From the IMG/VR virus record IMGVR_UViG_3300003410_000004: a stretch of 20,000 bases of DNA; one strand, 5' to 3'. Each line of letters begins with the position of its first letter. Position 1 is the first letter of the stretch. Shown piece after piece: positions 1 through 8,338 of this stretch. The DNA is from an uncultured virus (IMG/VR IMGVR_UViG_3300003410_000004). Lineage: Duplodnaviria > Heunggongvirae > Uroviricota > Caudoviricetes. A program made the translations under genes and the position numbers. The notes beneath the pieces were generated by a model that ran no database searches, had not been told where the DNA came from, and saw nothing but the letters and a program-made list of their open reading frames with translations.

Positions 1-282
1 TTAGAACTCGTGGAGAAGAATGATCAGGAAATATACGGTATGATCGAACAGACAAAAAGAGAAAACGATAAAGACTATGTTCAACTAGAGAATCGTATCC
101 AAGAGTCTCATGAAATCCTGTTAGGCGAAATCAAGCAACTTCATAATGAGATGAAGAACCATCACGAATTAGTATCGTCACGTTTGAGTAAATTGGAACA
201 ATGGCGTTGGATTCTCGTAGGTGGTGCTATTGTTTTAGGTTTCGTAATTTCCAAAATCCCTCTAGAAATTATTTTTCAATAA
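1..282 (+). CDS. Partial (5'-truncated) coiled-coil protein with a C-terminal transmembrane helix (XhlA/holin-like architecture)
   Basis: Frame open from base 1 to TAA at 280-282; heptad-like E/K/L-rich body followed by LSKLEQWRWILVGGAIVLGFVIS hydrophobic segment. Confidence 0.6.
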   Translation, partial: LELVEKNDQEIYGMIEQTKRENDKDYVQLENRIQESHEILLGEIKQLHNEMKNHHELVSSRLSKLEQWRWILVGGAIVLGFVISKIPLEIIFQ

Positions 283-287
283 TTGCC

Positions 288-316
288 TTGACAAATGTGT
301 AACAACAGTGTAATAT
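288..316 (+). promoter_or_regulatory. Sigma70-type promoter upstream of primase
   Basis: TTGACA 288-293, 17-bp spacer, TAATAT 311-316 preceded by TG. Confidence 0.75.
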
Positions 317-325
317 TACACTGTT
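304..325. repeat. Perfect 22-bp palindrome overlapping the -10 box (operator-like)
   Basis: AACAGTGTAATATTACACTGTT equals its own reverse complement; followed by self-complementary TAATTAATTA (325-334). Confidence 0.9.
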
Positions 326-344
326 AATTAATTATGGGTATAGT

Positions 345-1376
345 ATGTCATTTCAAACTGATCTGTCGTTCATGCACGACATATCGCACCGTCTTGTGCG
401 ATTCACTAAGAAGAAAGACAACCTCTATAACTTCCGCTGTCCGTATTGTGGAGACTCTAAGAAGTCTAAGATCAAAGCGAGAGCATTCCTGTATCGTAAG
501 AAAAACGACATGTACTTCAGGTGTCACAACTGTGGTCAATCAACCACGTTTGGGAACTTTCTAAAGTATATCGATGCGGAGAAGTACAAAGAGTATGTAC
601 TTGAGCGATACAAGAATGGAGAGTCTCAGAACCCATCTGCGAAGGTGTCAGTAGCATCTAAAGAAGTTAAAGACGTAACCTACCAGAAAGTGCGTATGCC
701 TACCAGAGACGCTCTCAGTAGTCAGAGAACGATATCTAGTCTACCAGAGACGCACCCTGCTCGTAAGTATGTCGAGAATCGACTGATTGACATTAAGTAC
801 TTTGACGACTTATACTTCATCCCAAAATTCTACAAATTCCTTGACAAAATTGACCAGTTGGGTTATAAGTATAATGAGGAAACCGATCATCCTCGTTTGG
901 TGATTCCATTCCGTGATAAGCATGGTACTCTACTTGGATTTCAAGGTAGAGCATTCGGTGAGGAGAAACCTAAGTATCTGACTACAATGATTGCGCAAGC
1001 ACCAAAGATATTTGGGTTTGATCGCCTCAACTTCAATGAGATAGTCTATATCTTAGAAGGTCCTATTGATGCGATGTTCGTTCCCAACTCACTCGCAATG
1101 GCAGGTGCAGATACTGACCTGTCAGGAGAACAGTTTGTCTTTGTGTATGACAATGAACCTCGATCCAAAGAGATCGTCAATCGTCTACAGAAACGTATTG
1201 ACAATGGTGATAAGGTTGTGATATGGTCTGACACCATCAAACAAAAAGATATGAACGACATGCGTAAAGCAGGTGTGTTCACTGATGCACAGGGTGCAAA
1301 AACTCTTATAGATAACAATACCTATCAAGGTTTGATTGCTAAAGCAAAATTAGCGGAATGGAAAAGATGCGAATAG
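345..1376 (+). CDS. gp61: T4-like DNA primase (gp61 family)
   Basis: N-terminal zinc-binding motifs NFRCPYCGDS...FRCHNCG; RLVIPF...GFQGRAF; TOPRIM motifs EGPIDAMF, YDNEPR, KDMND. Confidence 0.96.
   Translation: MSFQTDLSFMHDISHRLVRFTKKKDNLYNFRCPYCGDSKKSKIKARAFLYRKKNDMYFRCHNCGQSTTFGNFLKYIDAEKYKEYVLERYKNGESQNPSAKVSVASKEVKDVTYQKVRMPTRDALSSQRTISSLPETHPARKYVENRLIDIKYFDDLYFIPKFYKFLDKIDQLGYKYNEETDHPRLVIPFRDKHGTLLGFQGRAFGEEKPKYLTTMIAQAPKIFGFDRLNFNEIVYILEGPIDAMFVPNSLAMAGADTDLSGEQFVFVYDNEPRSKEIVNRLQKRIDNGDKVVIWSDTIKQKDMNDMRKAGVFTDAQGAKTLIDNNTYQGLIAKAKLAEWKRCE
680..753 (+). repeat. Direct repeats within the primase linker
   Basis: CTACCAGAGACGC at 700-712 and 741-753; core CTACCAGA also at 680-687. Confidence 0.8.
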
Positions 1377-1855
1377 ATGTAGTAGATAATGAAGTACCCC
1401 TTGAGTTAATCGGTGATCTTCAAGTACTTTTACCTAAACTAAGTTGGAAGGTTGAGTATGACTTATATAACAATATGCGTGTTCGTAGTGGTTTGTCTGC
1501 GGATTTGTCAGGTTCTTGGATAGATCGTTTCGGCAATGTTGCTGAAAAGTTTCTAACTGATGATGATTTACAGATATCCAGAGCATATATAAACCTGTTC
1601 GCTCCAAATGAAGTCTGCTATCCTCACGTTGATGGATGTCATACTACTGTATTATTCTACTGTAATTTTAATACTAGGATGGAACAGTGTGGAGAGACAG
1701 TATTTTTTGATGAACGTGGTGAAATTATAAAATCAGTTTTACCAAAAATGGGTAGAATGGTCTTGTTTGATGGGAATATTTTGCACAGCGCAAGACCTCT
1801 CAATAATGACTATAGATATAGCGTAGCACTAAAAATGGTGAAAAATAATGATTGA
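1367..1855 (+). CDS. 2OG-Fe(II) oxygenase (prolyl-hydroxylase-like phage family); alternative start at 1358
   Basis: RAYINL...YPHVDG (HxD), TTVLFY, GETVFFD, PKMGRMVLFDGNILHSARP (distal His), RYSVALK (2OG-binding Arg). Confidence 0.9.
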   Translation: MRIDVVDNEVPLELIGDLQVLLPKLSWKVEYDLYNNMRVRSGLSADLSGSWIDRFGNVAEKFLTDDDLQISRAYINLFAPNEVCYPHVDGCHTTVLFYCNFNTRMEQCGETVFFDERGEIIKSVLPKMGRMVLFDGNILHSARPLNNDYRYSVALKMVKNND

Positions 1856-2327
1856 TCCAAAAACTCTTTCAAATAAAGAGCATTATGAATGCGAGGTTGA
1901 AGTATTAGATAATATGATACCTCATGATAATTTAGAACGACTATTTTCTCATATAATTAAAAGTGAAGATATTTCTTTACTTGCAGAAGATATTGCAACT
2001 GCAGTTTGTGTGGAGATTTTTCGACTTAATGAAGAAGATGTAAATTTGAAAAACTTGCAAATTACAAAAGTTTCTAAGGAAGAACCTTTTGTTGCAAGAC
2101 GATCTGGTGTTGAAAAGCAGGATTCCTATGTAACTGTCGTACTCAATAGCATATGGCATAAATGGTGTGGTGGTGAGTTCATCGTATTTGAAAAGGGTGA
2201 AGCAAAAGAGATTATCTCTGCACACCCAGGACGTGTCATAGTATCCTATGGTAACAATTGGATTGATGTTGCAACACCAAAGCACCACGATTCCCCCTTA
2301 TACTTACTACAATTTCAAGTAGTTTAA
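1848..2327 (+). CDS. Degenerate 2OG-Fe(II) oxygenase-fold protein lacking the HxD...H ligands
   Basis: Keeps VEVLDNMIP, W..GGEFIVFE, IISAHPGRVIV, parallel to the upstream gene, but no HxD, distal His or Arg at equivalent positions. Confidence 0.6.
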   Translation: MIDPKTLSNKEHYECEVEVLDNMIPHDNLERLFSHIIKSEDISLLAEDIATAVCVEIFRLNEEDVNLKNLQITKVSKEEPFVARRSGVEKQDSYVTVVLNSIWHKWCGGEFIVFEKGEAKEIISAHPGRVIVSYGNNWIDVATPKHHDSPLYLLQFQVV

Positions 2328-2344
2328 TTTAATCGGAGTAATAA

Positions 2345-4642
2345 ATGACAACCATCGATAATCTTTTCGTGGTGAAGTCTGGTGGACGTAAAGAAGAACT
2401 AGACATCGAGAAAATCCAGAAGATGACACAAGAAGCGTGTGTCGGTTTGTCTGGAGTATCATCATCACAAGTAGAGATGAATTCTGGAATCCAATTTTAT
2501 GATGGAATTCCAACAGAAGATATTCAGAAAATTCTAATCAAGTCAGCGGCAGACCTCATTACACTTGAGAACCCTAACTATCAATACGTTGCCGCTAGAC
2601 TTCTTGCATTCTCTTTGCGTAAGCAGGTGTATGGTCAGTATGACCCAATCCCACTGAAAGAGATTGTTGAGTGGAATATCAAGCGTGGTGTCTATGATAA
2701 AGATTTGTTGTCATATTACGATGATGAAGAGTGGACTAAACTCGATGGTATGATGGATCATGATCGTGATCTGCAGTTCACTTATGCAGGTTTACAGCAG
2801 GTAGTAGACAAGTACCTAGTACAAGATCGTTCCTCTGGAGACATCTACGAAACCCCACAGGTGATGTATATGTTGATCTCTGCGACTATCTTTGCACAGT
2901 ATCCAAGAGATAAGCGTATGCAGTATGTACGCAGATACTACAATGCTATCAGTCAGTTCAAGTTGAACATTCCCACACCAGTAATGGCAGGGGTTCGTAC
3001 ACCAATCCGGCAGTTTGCGTCATGTGTACTCGTTGACGTAGACGACACATTGGATAGTATCTTCCACAGTAACAGTGCTGTTGGATACTACATTGCACAA
3101 CGTGCAGGTATTGGATTGAACGTTGGTCGTATCCGCGCAATCAAATCAAAGATTCGTGGTGGAGAGGTAGAACACACTGGTGTGATTCCATTCCTCAAGA
3201 TGTATGAAGCGACTGTTCGTTCATGTACTCAGAACGGTGTGCGTGGTGGTTCTGCTACAACTCACTTCCCATTCTGGCACAAAGAGATTGAAGATGTAAT
3301 CGTACTGAAGAACAACAAGGGTTCAGAAGACAACCGTGTTCGTAAACTCGACTACTCTATTCAGTTGTCCAAGTTGTTCTATGAGCGTTTCCTGAAGAAT
3401 GAAGATATCTCATTGTTCTCACCTCATGATGTGCCTGGACTCTACGATGCTTTTGGTTACCCAGAGTTCGATGAACTGTACACCAAGTATGAGAATGATC
3501 CTCGTATCGACAAGAAGACTATCAATGCTCGTGAGTTGGGTATTGATATCCTGAAGGAACGTGCAGAAACTGGTCGTATCTACTTAATGAATATGGATCA
3601 TGTTAACTCTCATAGTTCGTTCAAAGACAAGGTGAGTATGTCTAACCTATGTCAAGAGATCACACTACCAACCACACCAATCAGCAATGTTGATGGAACT
3701 GATGGCGAAATTGCACTTTGCATCTTGTCAGCAGTGAACGTAGGTGGTATAAGTAACACTGACGAATTGCAGAATCTTTGTGATCTTGCAGTTCGCGCAC
3801 TAGACGAATTGATTGACTATCAAGGGTATCCTATCCCTGCCGCAGAGAAATCTACGAAAGCGAGACGTTCACTTGGTATTGGTTACATTGGTCTAGCACA
3901 CTACCTAGCGAAAAATAAAGTCAAGTACGATGATCCAGAAGCGTGGAAACTCGTAGATGAACTTACAGAGTCGTTCCAGTACTTCTTGCTCAAAGCGTCT
4001 GTAGACGTAGCGAAAGAGAAAGGTAAGTGTGAGGCGTTTGAAAGAACTAAATATGCAGACGGTATCTTACCAATCGACACATATAAGTCGGATGTTGACG
4101 ATATCGTAACTCCAAACTACAAGCGTGATTGGGAAGAACTACGTTCCGAAATTCAGGAACATGGTTTGCGTCACTCTACACTATCCGCACAGATGCCATC
4201 TGAATCTTCTTCAGTGGTCTGTGGTGAAACAAATGGTATTGAACCCCCTCGTGACTACTTGTCCGTGAAGAAGTCAAAGAAGGGAACACTCAAGCAGATC
4301 GTGCCTGGATACCATACTTTTAAGAATCACTATACATTGCTATGGGATATGAAATCCAATGAGGGTTACATCAAGGTGGTTGCAGTGATGCAGAAATACT
4401 TTGACCAAGCAATCTCTGGTAACTGGTCTTACAATCCAGAGAACTATCCAGATAATGAAGTACCAGTGTCAGTAATGGCACAAGATTTTCTTAATACTTA
4501 CAAATACGGTTGGAAGACATCATACTATCAAAATACTTACGACAGTAAGAAAGATGATGATATCGAGGAGACTCCAACTGAACAACCATTAGAAGCATTA
4601 CCAGACGATGACGGTGAAGTCTGTGATGCCTGTGCAATTTAA
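2345..4642 (+). CDS. nrdA: Ribonucleotide reductase class Ia, alpha subunit
   Basis: N-terminal ATP cone; RQFASC, SNLCQEI, EIALCILS catalytic Cys/Asn/Glu; TSYYQN tyrosine pair; C-terminal CDAC; uninterrupted 765 aa; GGAG RBS. Confidence 0.98.
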   Translation: MTTIDNLFVVKSGGRKEELDIEKIQKMTQEACVGLSGVSSSQVEMNSGIQFYDGIPTEDIQKILIKSAADLITLENPNYQYVAARLLAFSLRKQVYGQYDPIPLKEIVEWNIKRGVYDKDLLSYYDDEEWTKLDGMMDHDRDLQFTYAGLQQVVDKYLVQDRSSGDIYETPQVMYMLISATIFAQYPRDKRMQYVRRYYNAISQFKLNIPTPVMAGVRTPIRQFASCVLVDVDDTLDSIFHSNSAVGYYIAQRAGIGLNVGRIRAIKSKIRGGEVEHTGVIPFLKMYEATVRSCTQNGVRGGSATTHFPFWHKEIEDVIVLKNNKGSEDNRVRKLDYSIQLSKLFYERFLKNEDISLFSPHDVPGLYDAFGYPEFDELYTKYENDPRIDKKTINARELGIDILKERAETGRIYLMNMDHVNSHSSFKDKVSMSNLCQEITLPTTPISNVDGTDGEIALCILSAVNVGGISNTDELQNLCDLAVRALDELIDYQGYPIPAAEKSTKARRSLGIGYIGLAHYLAKNKVKYDDPEAWKLVDELTESFQYFLLKASVDVAKEKGKCEAFERTKYADGILPIDTYKSDVDDIVTPNYKRDWEELRSEIQEHGLRHSTLSAQMPSESSSVVCGETNGIEPPRDYLSVKKSKKGTLKQIVPGYHTFKNHYTLLWDMKSNEGYIKVVAVMQKYFDQAISGNWSYNPENYPDNEVPVSVMAQDFLNTYKYGWKTSYYQNTYDSKKDDDIEETPTEQPLEALPDDDGEVCDACAI

Positions 4643-4654
4643 GGAAGGGACTAA

Positions 4655-5755
4655 GTGACAAGCGTATTCAACAAAAATGTAGTTGACTACAAGAAGCAAC
4701 CGATGTTTTTCGGTGAAGATCAGCAGATGCAAAGATACGATGAATTCAAGTATCCTATCTTTGATAAGTTGACGCAGAAACAGTTGGGATTCTTCTGGCG
4801 TCCAGAAGAGGTGTCGGTGCAGAAAGATCGCTCCGACTACCAACAGTTGCGTCCAGAGCAGAAGCATATCTTTACCTCTAACCTCAAGTATCAGATTCTT
4901 TTGGATTCGGTACAGGGTAGAGGTCCTGCTCTTGCATTCTTACCATTCTGTTCGATTCCAGAGTTGGAAGGTTGTATTCTTGCGTGGGATTTCATGGAGA
5001 CTATCCATAGTCGTTCATATACCTACATGATCAAGAATCTATATCCAAACCCAAGTGATGTGTTCGATCACGTTATCGATGATGAACGTATCATGGAACG
5101 TGCAGACTCGATCACTAAAGCATACGATGACTTCATCGACTATGCGAATCGATACAAACTAACAGGTGAAGGTAACAGCAAGGAACTCAAGCGTAAGTTG
5201 TGGAGAGCATTGGTAACGGTAAACATCCTTGAGGGTATCCGTTTCTATGTGTCATTTGCCTGTACTTTCGCATTCGGTGAGTTGAAAATGATGGAAGGTT
5301 CTGCTAAGATCATTTCTTTCATTGCTCGTGATGAGTCTCAGCACCTTGCTATTACTCAGCACATCATCAAAGCATATCAGAAGAATGAAAATGACGTTGA
5401 GATGCTTGAAGTGATGCAGGAAGAAGAAGAGTGGATGTACCAAGCATATAAAGATGCTGTTGATGAAGAGAAGCGATGGGCAGAGTATCTGTTCAAAGAT
5501 GGATCAATGATTGGTCTGAATGAAAAACTTCTTGGTGATTATGTTGAGTGGATTGCTAACAAGCGTATGCGAGCAATCGGTTTAAAGGAAATATTCGACA
5601 TCAAGCGTAATGATAACCCACTACCTTGGACACAACATTGGTTGAACTCAGGTGGGTTGCAGAATGCACCACAAGAAACTGAGATTGAATCTTACATTAT
5701 TGGTGGTATCAAGCAAGACTTGACTGACGATACACTGAAAGGGTTTTCACTGTAA
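4655..5755 (+). CDS. nrdB: Ribonucleotide reductase class Ia, beta subunit
   Basis: FFWRPEE, LLDSVQ, ETIHSRSY (radical Tyr), LEGIRFY, RDESQH di-iron ligands; APQETEIESY tail; GTG start after AGGAAGG. Confidence 0.98.
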   Translation: MTSVFNKNVVDYKKQPMFFGEDQQMQRYDEFKYPIFDKLTQKQLGFFWRPEEVSVQKDRSDYQQLRPEQKHIFTSNLKYQILLDSVQGRGPALAFLPFCSIPELEGCILAWDFMETIHSRSYTYMIKNLYPNPSDVFDHVIDDERIMERADSITKAYDDFIDYANRYKLTGEGNSKELKRKLWRALVTVNILEGIRFYVSFACTFAFGELKMMEGSAKIISFIARDESQHLAITQHIIKAYQKNENDVEMLEVMQEEEEWMYQAYKDAVDEEKRWAEYLFKDGSMIGLNEKLLGDYVEWIANKRMRAIGLKEIFDIKRNDNPLPWTQHWLNSGGLQNAPQETEIESYIIGGIKQDLTDDTLKGFSL

Positions 5756-5913
5756 TGCCTACTAATAACTATACCTGCAGTGACTGTGAAGCATACTTTG
5801 CAGTCACTCATAAACAAGATGAAGAATTCTTTACTGTCAACATGTGTCCGTTCTGCGGTGCTGAAGTAGAGATGGATGAAGACTTTGAAGAAATTGAGGA
5901 AGATGATGAGTGA
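5755..5913 (+). CDS. Small zinc-ribbon protein (FmdB-like, CxxC...CPxCG) with acidic tail; absent from the ORF track
   Basis: Hand translation MPTNNYTCSDCEAYFAVTHKQDEEFFTVNMCPFCGAEVEMDEDFEEIEEDDE* (52 aa); TAATG overlap with the nrdB stop. Confidence 0.85.
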   Translation: MPTNNYTCSDCEAYFAVTHKQDEEFFTVNMCPFCGAEVEMDEDFEEIEEDDE

Positions 5914-6310
5914 AGTTGATCTAAATGCATATAAAGACTTTGTACAAGCAGTGACCAGTACAGAGTCGAATGAGTTGGATGCGATGGTATCGCGTCTTGG
6001 TGAGTTGAATGAAAAAGTGAATATTCCCCTGCTGATGACAGGTGCTATTGGAATCTCTGCAGAAGGAGGCGAGTTTGTTGAAATCGTTAAGAAGTGTGTT
6101 TTCCAAGGAAAACCTATGGATGATGATACCATATATCACGCAAAGCGAGAACTTGGCGATATTATGTGGTATTGGATTAACTCATGTCGTGCATTGGGTT
6201 TAGACCCCAATGAGGTGATCCAAGGTAACGTTGATAAGTTAATGTCACGTTACCCTGGCGGTCACTTTGATGTGTTCTACTCTGAGAACAGGGTAGAAGG
6301 CGACTTGTAA
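5906..6310 (+). CDS. mazG: MazG-like nucleotide pyrophosphohydrolase (start more likely 5903/5906 than 5876)
   Basis: AEGGEFVEIVKK and RELGDIMWY (ExxE...ExxD), NVDKLMSRYP; GAGGA RBS at 5896-5900. Confidence 0.9.
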   Translation: MSEVDLNAYKDFVQAVTSTESNELDAMVSRLGELNEKVNIPLLMTGAIGISAEGGEFVEIVKKCVFQGKPMDDDTIYHAKRELGDIMWYWINSCRALGLDPNEVIQGNVDKLMSRYPGGHFDVFYSENRVEGDL

Positions 6311-6855
6311 TGTATTATGCAGGGATTGACTACTCCCTAACGTCACCTGCAATCTGTTTAACGCGAGACTTCTCTGAACAGACTACTCGTTACTACTATC
6401 TTACTAATAAGAAGAAATATGACGGTAGGTTCATGGGCGGCACATGTCAGGGAAGTCTCGCGTTTCCCTATTCCTCTCAAGAAGAACGGTTCGACAACAT
6501 ATCGAATTGGGTAATGGCAGTATTGTCAGACTACGATGTAAAGCATGTGTTCATCGAAGATTATGCGATGGGTGCGAAAGGTCGAGTGTTCCATATCGGA
6601 GAAAACACTGGTTTATTGCAACATAAACTGTGGAAAGATAAATACTCATTCACGAAGATTGCTCCAACCGTAGTTAAGAAACATGCTACTGGTAAAGGAA
6701 ACGCAAAGAAAGAACAGATGTACGATGCGTGGATAGACCGATTTGGTGGTAATCTTATAGAAGAGTTTAGTCAGAACAAACTGGACAATCCAGTGACTGA
6801 CATTATCGATGCATTTTATATCGCGGAAACAGGCGCATGTTCATTGGAATCTTAA
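6310..6855 (+). CDS. RuvC-like / RNase H-fold nuclease (Holliday junction resolvase-like)
   Basis: GIDYS (Asp1), VFIEDY (Glu), PTVVKKHATGKGNAKKEQM, DIIDAFYIA (Asp pair) match RuvC motifs. Confidence 0.8.
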   Translation: MYYAGIDYSLTSPAICLTRDFSEQTTRYYYLTNKKKYDGRFMGGTCQGSLAFPYSSQEERFDNISNWVMAVLSDYDVKHVFIEDYAMGAKGRVFHIGENTGLLQHKLWKDKYSFTKIAPTVVKKHATGKGNAKKEQMYDAWIDRFGGNLIEEFSQNKLDNPVTDIIDAFYIAETGACSLES

Positions 6856-7889
6856 TCTTTTTATCAGGTATATTCGTATCTGGTGTCGCGGCATACTACT
6901 CCATCATGGGGTTGATTGCTATCTTTGCTTCAGCACAATTTGCTATCGCAATCATGGGGGTATCCCTTGAGGTTGCTAAATTGGTGACTGCCGCTTGGTT
7001 ACACTACAACTGGAAGAAAGTCAACTTCCTGATGAAAGCATACCTATCGTCTGCAGTCGTTCTATTGGTGTTCATCACCTCTATGGGTATCTTTGGATTC
7101 CTCTCTAAAGCGCATATCGATCAGACGATCAATGCAGGTGACAATACCGTAGTCATTGAGCGCATCGAGCAAAGAATTGCTCGTGAACAGCGTACCATAG
7201 CAGACTCTGAGCAAGTTATCTCTCAGTTAGATCAAGCAGTACAAACCCTGATGGATTATGATCGTGTTAGAGGTAAAGACGGTGCTATCGCAGTAAGACA
7301 GTCGCAGAAAGAAGAACGTGATATGCTTGCAGGTATCATCACCGAAGCGCAAGATGCTATCGATGTACTGGAAGATGAAAAACTTAACCTCAGTAAAGAA
7401 CAGATCGCACTGGAAGCAGAGGTAGGACCTCTCAAGTATATTGCTGAACTGATCTACGGTGATGAAGCGAAAGATCACTTTGATGAAGCAGTACGTTGGG
7501 TAATCATTCTATTGGTGTTCGTATTCGATCCACTTGCGGTGACGATGCTACTTGCCGCTAACGTATCATTTAAAGAGTCTCGTAAGCGTGTAGTACCAGT
7601 GGAGAACATTAGTTCGTTTGAGGAGATTGACGATGATGATATCGAAAGTTTTACCGATTTTCAGAGCAACCAACCACTTGAAGAAACCACCTCGATTAAT
7701 CCAGAAACGGGTGAAGAAGTCAGATTGCGTGAAACCGACTTTGGATCGGAAGGCGTAGTACTCGTGCCAGATATCACAATGACTGAAGATGAAGTTGCAG
7801 AAGCGAAGAAAATCTTCAGAGAAAAATCTGATCCATCCACACTATGGGATAAATTTTGGAAACATAAGCAGGAACGTGATAAGTTATAA
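6837..7889 (+). CDS. Membrane protein: three N-terminal TM helices, long coiled coil, one further TM helix, acidic tail
   Basis: Hydrophobic N-terminus (SIMGLIAIFA, LEVAKLVTAAWL, FITSMGIFGFLSKAH), coiled coil, VGPLKYIAE, IILLVFVFDPLAVTMLLAA. Confidence 0.8.
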   Translation: MFIGILIFLSGIFVSGVAAYYSIMGLIAIFASAQFAIAIMGVSLEVAKLVTAAWLHYNWKKVNFLMKAYLSSAVVLLVFITSMGIFGFLSKAHIDQTINAGDNTVVIERIEQRIAREQRTIADSEQVISQLDQAVQTLMDYDRVRGKDGAIAVRQSQKEERDMLAGIITEAQDAIDVLEDEKLNLSKEQIALEAEVGPLKYIAELIYGDEAKDHFDEAVRWVIILLVFVFDPLAVTMLLAANVSFKESRKRVVPVENISSFEEIDDDDIESFTDFQSNQPLEETTSINPETGEEVRLRETDFGSEGVVLVPDITMTEDEVAEAKKIFREKSDPSTLWDKFWKHKQERDKL

Positions 7890-7921
7890 AAAACTTTGGC
7901 AATATAACAAAATAATCTAAG

Positions 7922-7953
7922 AAGGGGGTTGACAATGTTCGCCCCCTTTTGTA
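7922..7953 (+). terminator. GC hairpin with T-tract (putative intrinsic terminator) enclosing a -35 box
   Basis: AAGGGGG (7922-7928) pairs with CCCCCTT (7942-7948), followed by TTGT. Confidence 0.55.
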
Positions 7954-7957
7954 TTAT
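7929..7957 (+). promoter_or_regulatory. Sigma70-type early promoter
   Basis: TTGACA 7929-7934, 17 bp, TATTAT 7952-7957; AT-rich upstream sequence. Confidence 0.8.
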
Positions 7958-7988
7958 ATGAGGGTAAGTTGATGAGAGAGAAAAAATT

Positions 7989-8270
7989 ATGTTCCGTATT
8001 CCAGATTTCTATGATATTACTCCTAACATGGAGTTCAAACACGCCGTAGATATTGTGACTCGTCATGGTCGTGGTGACTTACTTGAAGGTATGAATGCAC
8101 TGGATCGCGCTTTCACCGAGTTCTGTGAAGGACAGCGAGCATTCTATGCATGTGAGACTGATTATATGGTGTTTGCAGATGAAGATGACTTCTATGATCA
8201 CTATGGTGTTGAGTGTAGTGCATACAACGTTGTGTTTGAGAATATGGGAAAACTTTTTGAAAAAAAGTGA
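7989..8270 (+). CDS. Hypothetical acidic early protein
   Basis: 93-aa ORF behind promoter and GAGAGAG RBS. Confidence 0.75.
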   Translation: MFRIPDFYDITPNMEFKHAVDIVTRHGRGDLLEGMNALDRAFTEFCEGQRAFYACETDYMVFADEDDFYDHYGVECSAYNVVFENMGKLFEKK

Positions 8271-8308
8271 AAAAAAGTGTTGACAAGTGTTGCACAATGC
8301 ACTAAACT
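8260..8308 (+). promoter_or_regulatory. Sigma70-type early promoter with phased A-tract UP element
   Basis: A7 tracts at 8260-8266 and 8270-8276; TTGACA 8280-8285, 17 bp, TAAACT 8303-8308. Confidence 0.8.
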
Positions 8309-8338
8309 GACCTTGTTGAATTGAGAGAGAGATTGATT

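Noticed and set aside
304..325. Palindrome as an NrdR or LexA box
   Set aside because: Half-sites are in the opposite orientation to the known consensus sequences.
1367..1855. TET/JBP-type DNA base oxidase
   Set aside because: Motif spacing fits the short prolyl-hydroxylase-like family; no adjacent methyltransferase or glycosyltransferase in the window.
2345..5755. Intron, intein or homing endonuclease in nrdA/nrdB
   Set aside because: Both ORFs are continuous and of normal length, with a 12-nt gap between them.
5876..5905. Longer MazG start at 5876
   Set aside because: It would overlap the zinc-ribbon gene by 38 nt; a better RBS precedes 5903/5906.
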